This document shows, one piece after another, positions 36,201 to 47,000 of a stretch of 64,000 bases of DNA; position 1 is the stretch's first letter; the number at the start of each line of letters is the position of its first letter. Below the pieces are notes generated by a model. It saw only the letters and a program-made list of their open reading frames with translations. It did no database searches and had not been told where the DNA came from. Made by a program: the position numbers and the translations under genes. This DNA comes from Macrostomum lignano (Eukaryota), in NCBI GenBank assembly GCA_002269645.1, contig NIVC01000576.1, positions 124,001 through 188,000 of the forward strand, written 5' to 3'.

Positions 36201-39200
36201 CCCTTCTTTCCTTCATCTCTTCTCCCTCCTTCATTCCCCTTCTTCCCTTCATCTCTTCTCCCTCCTTCATTCCCCCTCTCCCTCCTTCATTCCCCCTTCT
36301 CCCTCCTTTATCCCCCCTTCTCCCTCCTGCATTCCCCCTTCTCCCTCCTTCATTCCCCTTCTCCCTCCTCCATTCCCCTTCTCCCTCCTCCATTCCCCTT
36401 CTCCCTCCTTCATTCCCCCTTCTCCCTCCTTCATTCCCCCTTCTCCCTCCTTCATTCCCCCTTCTCCCTCCTTTATCCCCCCTTCTCCCTCCTTTATCCC
36501 CCCTCTCCCTCCTTCATTCCCCTTCTCCCTCCTTCATTCCCCCTTCTCCCTCCTTTATCCCCCCTTCTCCCTCCTTTATCCCCCTTCTCCCTCCTTCATT
36601 CCCCTTCTCCCTCCTTCATTCCCCCATCTCCCTCCTTCATTCCCCCTTCTCCCACCTTCATTCCCCCTCTCCCTCCTTCATTCCCCCTTCTTCCTCCTTC
36701 ATTCCCCCTTCTTCCTCCTTCATTTCCCCTTCTCCCACCTTCATTCCCCCCTCTCCCTCCTTCATTCCCCCTTCTTCCTCCTTCATTTCCCCTTCTCCCA
36801 CCTTCATTCCCCTTTCTCTCTCCTTCATTCCCCTTCTCCCTCCTTCATTCCCCTTTCTCTCTCCTTCATTCCCCTTCTCCCTCCTTCATTCCCCCTTCTC
36901 CCTACTTCATCCCCCCTTCTTCCTCCTTCATTTCCCCTTCTCCCACCTTCATTCCCCCCTCTCCCTCCTTCATTCCCCCTTCTTCCTCCTTCATTTCCCC
37001 TTCTCCCACCTTCATTCCCCTTTCTCTCTCCTTCATTCCCCTTCTCCCTCCTTCATTCCCCTTTCTCTCTCCTTCATTCCCCCTTCTCCCTACTTCATCC
37101 CCCCTTCTCCCTCCTTCATTCCCCCCTTCTCCCTCCTTCATTCCCCCTTCTCCCTCCTTCATTCCTCCCTTCTCCCTCCTTCATTCCCCCTTCTCCCTCG
37201 TTCATTCCCTCTCTCCCACCCTCAGTTCCCCCTTCTCCCTCCTTCATTCCCCCTTCTCCCTCCTGCATTCCCCCTCTCCCACTCTCAGTTCCCTCCCGCA
37301 TCTCGCCAGGCCTCACCGGCGGGCAGCGGGGCGGCCAGGAAGCCGGCCGCAGCCACAAACAGCAGCATGGCCAGCTGCACGCAGGAATCAATCAGCGGCG
37401 ACACTCTCGGATTGCTCAAAGCCGCCGGCGCGTCCTTGCTGTCGGTGGCGTCTGGCAGAACGCCGTAGCGGCGGTAGGAGGACTCCAGCGAGCCCTGGCG
37501 AAAGTTCAGAGTTATCTGGGACACCGGCGGCGAGTAGAAGGCCTTCAGGTTGGAGTCGTCGGTGCCGATCATGCCAGTCAGCTCTTGGTCGGTGGGGCCC
37601 GACGCGGATGGGCCCGTCACCTCCACCACTACGTCGTCTTGCTGTGGATTTTTAAACAATGTTTTTTGACGTTTTTTATGCCTGGCTGCCTGTTTATCAG
37701 TGATTGACTCGCCGACCCACTGGTTAAGTGGTTGACTCATTGTTGACCCAATGATTGACTCGTTGACCTACTTATATTAACTCACTGACCTATTGATTAA
37801 CTCATTGACTTACTGATTGACTCGTTGACCAACTAACTGTCTCATTCACCCACTGACTGACTCAGTGACCTACTTATATTGACACAGTGACCTACTGATT
37901 GACTCAGTGACCTACTGATTGACTCACTGACCTATTGATTAACTCACTGACCTACTGATTGACTCACTGACCTACTGATTGACTCACTGACCTATTGATT
38001 AACTCATTGACTTACTGATTGACTCGTTGACCAACTAACTGTCTCATTCACCCACTGACTGACTCAGTGACCTACTGATTAACTCACTGACCTACTGACT
38101 AACTCACTGACCTACTGACTAACTCACTGACCTACTGACTGACTCAGTGACCTACTGATTGACTCAGTGACCTACTGATTAACTCACTGACCTACTGATT
38201 GACTCACTGACCTACTGATTGACTCACTGACCTACTGATTAACTCACTGACCTACTGATTGACTCACAGACCTACTGATTGACTCAGTGACCTACTGATT
38301 GACTCAGTGACCTACTGACTAACTCACTGACCTACTGATTGACTCACTGACCTACTGATTGACTCACTGACCTACTGATTGACTCACTGACCTACTGATT
38401 CCAGCAATTATTACAAACTAACGAATTAACTTACATCCACTGGCGGGGCTGAGGTGTCCTTCAGATCGTGAAACTTAATGACATTTTTCTAAAAAAACAG
38501 ACGATAAATACATAAAACATTTGATTATATTTAATCATAATATAACTAATATACACAAACCTTAGGCAGGGAGATGTGCGGCCTCCCATCGACTCGCTCG
38601 ACAACAAAATAGGTCTTTATCGCTGCCAAATGTAACAGTGAAATATTGTTAACTAACTAGCAGATAATTAATAATTATCATGTACGAGCGGATCATAAAT
38701 TATCTTACTCTTCTCATTTTGCGTATGCTTAATAGCGTAGCCCTTCTTAGTCTCATCGTAGTACTCAATCAGAACCTTCAATTCGCGAATATCTGCGGGA
38801 TAAAGTTTTGCCAATAATTTTTATTATTTTCTTTTATTGCTACTTGACAGTAGGATATTACGATTCTAAATTTTTTTTTAAACCGGTTAGAAAAAAACGG
38901 TTTTAGGTGAATCACAAAGTGCACAAAGAAGCTCAAGGTGCAAACGCATGCGAGAGCTTTGAGACAGAGACGGCTAAGTGGCAGAGAAAAGACCGCCATA
39001 GGAGTCACAATACGATGGCCGCTTCAAAAAAAGTGCGAAGCTCGCGTTTGTAACAAAATGAAAGCTGCAACTCAAGCTTTAATCTGTTCGAATAGACAGC
39101 AGCAGATTTGAGGTCACGGTCTGACAGACAGACGGACAGTCACAAAGACAGACAGACAGTCAAGCAGACGGACAGACAGATAGTCAAACAGACAGACAGA

Positions 39201-39298
39201 CAGTCAAGCAGACGGACAGACAGTCAAGCAGACAGACAAAGTCAAACAGACAGATAGACAGACACTAAGACATTAAGAAACTAAGACACTAAGACACT

Positions 39299-39362
<64 letters not shown>

Positions 39363-39391
39363 TAGACAGACAGACAGACACACAGACAAAC

Positions 39392-39464
<73 letters not shown>

Positions 39465-40208
39465 CACAGACAAACAGATAGACAGACAGACAGACAGACA
39501 GACAGCCAGACAGGGTCAAACAGCCAGACAGACTTAATTCCATTAAAAGCCGTTAAGCTTGTATACGAGTAAGTATGTATGTAGCATGACTACATAATAA
39601 ACCATGCGGGCAAAGTGCATGAATATAAAAATCGATTTAATAATAAGTTTTTCTACAATTTCCATAGCATTGAAGCTATAAGAAACTAACTGAAATATTC
39701 TGCCAGTTAAAATAAAAATTAGCAGCTCCCTATACCGCTGAGCAGGTTGAAAATGATTTATGAGAAATTGCAAGCAGGCGACAGGCACAATAGCTAGATA
39801 AGACTTCACCGCAGGGCAGCAGCGCACTTAAACACCCACTGAGTAGGGTTAGAAGATACACTAAATATATGAATAGAATAGCTTTTCTAACGTCACACGA
39901 ACCATCAGTTTCAGGCTGGATGAACTTCAACAGCTAAAAGCCCCTCGAACACACACAGACACCCCCCAGCTCTGCCATTCCGGCCTCCTGTCACGCCTTT
40001 CCTCTAATAAAAAACAGAGCCTATACTCCTAAAGATGAAGAGAAATGAAGATGAAGAAGAAGCTGTGAATAATAAGCACTATAAAACGGGGCCAATCTAC
40101 AAGCACATATAGAATATATATATAGAATATATGTTCAATCCTAACGCCTCACTGCAGCTCTCAGTACGTAAGTGAATTGCGGCTGTTGCTGCCGCTCCGT
40201 TCTCTCTG

Positions 40209-40271
<63 letters not shown>

Positions 40272-40938
40272 TCTCTCTCTAGCTGGCCTTTTTCTATTCC
40301 ACGGCACCTAGTTATATAGACGCATTCTAGATTCTACAGAATACATTAGCACTATAGTTGAATCTGCTGAGACTCAAGTCTGATAGATACTGTGAATATA
40401 ATTATCGACTATATCCATCTAGATATTAATTGCAATCCAGTGGCGCTGTAATGGATTGCTAATATAGTTAATATAATATAGATTCTATATTATAAAAGCC
40501 AATATAGGGAAGCTGCTACAAGGCACGGCGTTACATCCTAATAGCCTGCTGGATAGATAAAGGCGCTGTAGAATTAGTCAGTCACTACCAGATGCCGCAT
40601 AACTGCACATCGTTATCAGTTAGGGAAACTTAGCCCAATTAGACTATAGCTATAGCCAATTTAGACAGACAGACAGACAGACAGACGGACAGACAGACGG
40701 ACAGACAGACAGACAGACGGACGGACAGACAGACACACAGACAGACAGGCAGACAGACAGACAGGCAGTCAGACAGACTGCGTTGAGCTTAAAAGGCTCA
40801 TTCACACCGCCATCAAATATGGCCAAATTCCGTGTGACCACACCACTTGTGCAGCAACTGTCATTCTTTGGTACACAGACAGACAAACAGGCAGACAGAC
40901 AGACAAACAAGCAGACAGACAGACACACACAGACAGAC

Positions 40939-41029
<91 letters not shown>

Positions 41030-44000
41030 CACACAGTCAGACAGGCAGACAGACAGACACACAGACAGACAGACAGACACAGACACACAGACAGGCAGGC
41101 TCACCGGGCACAACGGGCCCTTCGTCCAGCTTGTAGATGTCCTTGACAAAGTTGTAGGTGTCGTCAGAGATGTGCACACGGCCTGGCTGGCCAGAGCTCT
41201 CCATCTCGTTAGCCAGGGTGACATCATTGGACCAGACGTCGAATTTAAATCGCATTTTTCCGACAATGCCGCAGGTGACCGTTCCTGCGTGACATTGAAA
41301 TGTTTAATCAATTAGAATGATTAATAAAAGTACATTCTAATAAATAACACATTCTACACACTTGACTTTATTCAAGGTCATCAAGGTCATAGATCGGTGT
41401 GGCGGTCAACTGCACTGCATTAGCGTGGCGCATGTACACTCGCCTTGGGTTGACTACGGATTATAAACTGGGTACTAACCGCAGCCAACGAAGCTTAACT
41501 TGCGTAGGAATGCTTAGAATGGCACTTAATAACGTTACCTGAATATATAACGTTTGGATAGAAACGATGCAAACCCGGAAATTAAGACTCATTATAACAA
41601 AGTTCGGTGCTGCGATAGCCCGCTTAAGCATCCCTCACCAGTGTGCACTCCCACTCGCATGTTGACGGCCTCCTCGTGATCCCTGTCGAATTCTCGAATA
41701 GCTTCAACCATGGCGCGGCCCATTTCAACGCAGCACTCGGCATGATCGGGCTTGGGCTCCGGACAGCCGGCCACGCAGTAATAACAGTCGCCGAGGGTTG
41801 CAATTTTCTCGCAGCCAGACTTGTCGCACAGGTCATCGAATCGGCCAAACAGATCGTTAAGCAGGTACACCAGGTGGGGTGCAGTCTTGCCCGAGCTCAT
41901 GTTAGTGAAGCCCACAATATCGGCAAACAGTACAGACACGTCCTGCAGTTGTTTGACGTAGAATTTGCGGAATTTGGCGTCGGATTTTCCCGGACCGCCG
42001 CTCGGTCCGTTCTCGGTGCCGCCTTCTCCTGTCTCAGTGATGGCCTTGGCAACTGACTCGGGCATCAGAGATTTAATCATTGCGTCCTTGGACTCTTTCT
42101 CGTGGGCTTGATCTCTTTTTAGGCGGGCGCCTTCGCACAGGCGGAGATAGGTGGAGCGGCGACGGACCTTAATGGGATCGAAATTAACCGAACGCTTAGC
42201 CCCTGAATCTAGATAATTTCTTAGAGGTTTGTGTAATCCCCTTGGGGTTTTAAAGTACAGTAGACTCGTAGAATTAAAAAAAACATTAATATTACTTTAA
42301 GATGCCTGATTCCGGCATAAACTTGACTTAGCTCGTAATTGATTAATTGTTCTGGTAAAATCAATTAAAAAGCTATAGCGAATGCACTGTACTTCGGGGG
42401 GGGGGTACAGAAAGGAGAGAGAGAGGCAGGGGGAAAGCGTCACTGTCCAATCAGTTTTATTTGCGAAAAAGATAGGAGGGCTAGAGAGGAACAAGTTAAG
42501 TGTTTTATTGCTCTAATCGATTCAAGCTTGGACCATAGACAACACAAACCGACTATGGGTAAAGGGGAGTGGTTATAAAGACAGAATAGATTTAATTTCA
42601 GAGGCTCGTTTGTTTTTTAATCGATCTAATAGTCTATGGCATTTTCACGACTCCGTACTGGAGCTCAGGCTCTACATAAGGAACTTCTGACTGACAAACA
42701 CCGATTTAATTATAGACTTTAAACAATACAACAAGACTTGGAAAACTCTAGGCTCTATCCAAAATAGGAAAAAAGGCAAGCATGCCACGCAAGTGCAGCG
42801 TGTTTAACTGTTATACAAACTATCAGAATAAGAAAGCCGGCGGCAGGCCTAAGACTAGTGTGTATTCGTTTCCGAAGGACTGTCAGGAAAGAGAATTATG
42901 GAGGCTGGCCCTGCCTAATCAGCCAACAGTGAGTACTGCTGTGTGAAGTAGATTGGATTGAGGGGGTGAATGGGTACAGGGATTGAGGAAGAAAGACAGG
43001 ATAGCAACTGAGAGAAGAGGGAAGGGAGGAGAGGAGAGGGAATGGTGGAAAAGAGAGAAGAGGGAAGGGAGGAGAGGAGAGGGAATGGTGGAAAAGAGAG
43101 AAGAGGGAAGGGAGGAGAGGAGAGGGAAAGAGAGGAGAGGGAAAGGGAGGAGAGGGAAAGAGAGGAGAGGGAAAGAGAGGAGAGGGAAAGAGAGGAGAGG
43201 GAAAGAGAGGAGAGGGAAAGGGAGGAGAGGGAAAGAGAGGAGAGGGAAAGGGAGGAGAGGGAAAGAGAGGAGAGGGAAAGAGAGGAGAGGGAAAGGGAGG
43301 AGAGGGAAAGAGAGGAGAGGGAAAGAGAGGAGAGGGAAAGAGAGGAGAGGGAAAGGGAGGAGAGGGAAAGAGAGGAGAGGGAAAGAGAGGAGAGGGAAAG
43401 AGAGGAGAGGGAAAGAGAGGACAGGGAAGGGAGTAGAGGAGAGGGAATGGTGGAGAGGGAAAGAGAGAAGAGGGAAGGGAGGAGAGGAGAGGGAAAGAGA
43501 GGAGAGGGAAGGGAGGAGAGGAGAGGGAAAGAGAGGAGAGGGGAGGAGAGGAGAGGGAAAGAGAGGAGAGGGAAAGAGAGGAGAGGGAAAGAGAGGGGAG
43601 GGGAGGAGAGGAGAGGGAAAGAGAGGAGAGGGAAAGAGAGGAGAGGGAAAGAGAGGAGAGGGGAGGAGAGGAGAGGGAAAGAGAGGAGAGGGAAAGAGAG
43701 GAGAGGGAAAGAGAGGAGAGGGAAAGAGAGGAGAGGGGAGGAGAGGAGAGGGAAAGAGAGGAGAGGGAAAGAGAGGAGAGGGAAGGGAGGAGAGGGGAGG
43801 AGAGGAGAGGAAAAGAGAGGAGAGGGGAGGAGAGGAGAGGGAAAGAGAGGAGAGGGAAAGAGAGGAGAGGGAAGGGAGGAGAGGAGAGGGAAAGAGAGGA
43901 GAGGGAAAGAGAGGAGAGGGAAAGAGAGGAGAGGGAAAGAGAGGAGAGGGAAGGGAGGAAAGGAAAGAGGAGGAAAGGAGAGAGGAGAGGAGAAGGGAGA

Positions 44001-47000
44001 GGAGAGGCAAGGGAGAAGAGGAGAGGGAAGGGAGGAAAGGAAAGAGGAGGAAAGGAGAGAGGAGAGGAGGAGAGGAGAGGCAAGGGAGAAGAGGAGAGGG
44101 AAGGGAGGAGAGGATTATAGGATAACGGGCACACAACCGGGGGATAAAAAACAACATGCTAAACAACCCATTACTACAGACGGTCACAGACCACATGGGC
44201 GTATGCGGCAAGCACTGGCCACCGAGCGCCCCAATGATCAAGAGACGCCGTCTAGAGAGGCCGAAACATCCTCCATCAGTTTTTATAACTGAGTATTCAA
44301 AGGAGTCAAACAGTTGTGGAGCCTGTAAGTCTAGCATATTTAAGCATCATTTATTCCACAAAATAAATTATAAATCCTGTTGGCTCAGAAAACATTTTCA
44401 AGCATAGAAACACGATACTAGAAAGAGCTGGAGAAAGAAAATATAGGCAGTTGCAGCTGCAAATTAGGCTTAAGAAATTCCCGGACTTAAGAGCCCGCGT
44501 TTTGCTTAATATACTGAATCAGTCATCCAAGGACAGGAAGTGTGTGACCATGGACGCCTGTCAGGATAGAAATCTGGATTTGAAACTGGGGCATTTTTCT
44601 GGATTAGGTTTAGTCAATAGAATCTTTTCCAAGCCTGAAAAATGGAGACTTCACCCCGCTAAATCGCTGTGGCACATTTTCAAATTCTTTTTATAAATTA
44701 TTAACTGACTATAAGTTTATCGATAGGACTGAAATATTGGAAACCAGAAAGCACAGAGTCAGTCGAGTCACTTTCACAAGCTTGAATCTTCACAAACTCG
44801 AATCTTCACAAGCTCGAATCTTCACAAACTCAAATCTTCACAATCTCGAATCTTCACAAACTCGAAGCTCCACAAGCTCGAATCTTCACAAGCTCGAAGC
44901 TTCACAAGTTCGAATCTTCACAAACTCGAAGCTCTACAAACTCGAATCTTTACAAGTTCGAATCTTCACAAGCTTGAAGCTCCACAAGTTCGAATCTTCC
45001 CAAGCTTGAAGCTCCACAAGTTCGAATCTTCCCAAGCTTGAAGCTCCACAAGTTCGAATCTTCCCAAGCTTGAAGCTCCACAAGTTCGAATCTTCCCAAG
45101 CTTGAACCTCCACAAGTTCGAATCTTCCCAAGCTTGAAGCTCCACAAGTTCGAATCTTCCCAAGCTTGAAGCTCCACAAGTTCGAATCTTCCCAAGCTTG
45201 AAGCTCCACAAGTTCGAATCTTCCCAAGCTTGAAGCTCCACAAGTTCGAATCTTCCCAAGCTTGAAGCTCCACAAGCTCGAATCTTCCCAAGCTTGAAGC
45301 TCCACAAGTTCGAATCTTCACAAACTCGAATCATCACAAACTCGAAGCTCTACAAGCTCAAAATTTCAAAAGCTCGAAACTCCACAAGCTCGAATCTTCC
45401 CAAGCTTGAATCTCCACAACCTCGAATCCTCACAAGCTCGAAAATTCAAACCGTCAAAGTTTAAGCTGAATAAACTTTGACTTTTGACTTAATAAAGTTT
45501 AAGAAACACAAACAGATAAATATTTGCGCCTTCCATTCCAGATTCCGTTTTTTAAAAAGTCCCTGAAACGTGACAGAGAATGAATGGGAGGGGAGAGTAG
45601 CGGAACAAGGAGCGAAAATACGGCTGGTTGGTCGTAAATTCTTTCAGCCCTCAGGGGTCCTCCCTAGAGGAGCACCAAAAGTGCACAACAGTCTGTGCCG
45701 GAGGTTGGAAAATCCGATTTCGCCCCGGGAAGGCAGAAAAGCCGAACTACTGAGAGAGAAAGTTGGTAGGGAGCGAATGCCAGGACCAATATATTCAGTC
45801 TCCGCAGGTTCTGCCTGAAGGCTAATATTAATCTGGCAGACTTTGTACTAGCTTAGCAGTAAAGCATTTTTCACGCTCTCTGGCGTGCGCGAGAGGTTCA
45901 TAAATATAGGCACAGATGCTGCAGGCTAATATTGCAACACATGCTTAGAGGATTTATATTTTAATTAAATAATTATAAACTGTGATGCAACTATTAAGGT
46001 CTTGGTAGCGGTTAGCTAAAAATAACTCACATTTTTTCTCTACTCCTCACCTCCTTTTCCTTACTCACCCCCTCTCTCTATCTTCCTCTCCCTCTCATCC
46101 CTCTCTTCCTCTCCCTCTCATCCCTCTCTTCCTCTCCTTCTCATCCCTCTCTTCCTCTCCCTCTCATCCCTCTCTTCCTCTCCCTCTCATCCCTCTCTTC
46201 CTCTCCCTCTCATCCCTCTCTTCCTCACCCTCTCATCCCTCTCTTCCCTCTCTCCCTCTCATCCCTCTCTTCCTCTCCCTCTCATCCCTCTCTTCCTCTC
46301 CCTCTCATCCCTCTCTTCCTCTCCCTCTCATCCCTCTCTTCCTCTCCCTCTCATCCCTCTCTTCCTCTCCCTCTCATCTCTCTCTTCCTCTCCCTCTCAT
46401 CCCTCTCTTCCTTTCCCTCTCATCCCTCTCTTCCTCTCCCTCTCATCCCTCTCTTCCTCTCCCTCTCATCCCTCTCTTCCTCTCCCTCTCATCCCTCTCT
46501 TCCTCTCCCTCTCATCCCTCTCTTCCTCTCCCTCTCATCCCTCTCTTCCTCTCCCTCTCATCCCTCTCTTTCTCTCCCTCTCATCCCTCTCTTCCTCTCC
46601 CTCTCATCCCTCTCTTCCTCTCCCTCTCATCCCTCTCTTCCTCTCCCTCTCATCCCTCTCTTCCTCTCCCTCTCATCCCTCTCTTCCTCTCCCTCTCATC
46701 CCTCTCTTTCTCTCCCTCTCATCTTCCTCTCCCGCTCATCCCTCTCTTCCTCTCCCTCTCATCCCTCTCTTCCTCTCCCTCTCATCCCTCTCTTTCTCTC
46801 CCTCTCATCCCTCTCTTCCTCTCCCTCTCATCCCTCTTCCTCTCCCTCTTAACACTTCCTCTCCCCCGCACCCGTGTAGTTTACTCCTCCAATTCTTGCC
46901 ATTGCTACTAAGCGATATATATTAATTGCCGCCACTGCCTAAGACATTAGCACTCAATCAGCAACTTATTTAGTGCAATTCCTACTGTGTCCTTAAAATC

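Noticed and set aside
35820-37655. 611-aa and 542-aa Pro/Ser/Phe-rich ORFs and their Glu/Gly-rich antisense ORFs
   Set aside because: They are stop-free translations of a pyrimidine-rich minisatellite inside a well-defined cyclase intron.
30648-41311. SVCL/TDRQ-repeat ORFs at 30648-31103, 39273-39543 and 40650-41311
   Set aside because: Translations of (CTGT)n/(CAGA)n microsatellites.
33218-42167. Catalytically dead cyclase, suggested by RMYSTG, GACLM and ETCLL substitutions
   Set aside because: The metal-binding Asp pair and the substrate and transition-state residues (K, D, N, R, K) are all present; the changes are at neighbouring positions.
42896-44337. 380-472-aa low-complexity ORFs on both strands
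   Set aside because: Translations of the 15-bp GA satellite, with no domain content.
44900-45320. tRNA genes suggested by GTTCGAATC
   Set aside because: No cloverleaf, A-box or acceptor stem; the motif is part of a satellite unit.
45570-45818. 82-aa ORF as a retroelement fragment
   Set aside because: No RT, endonuclease or gag motif found in the frames read.
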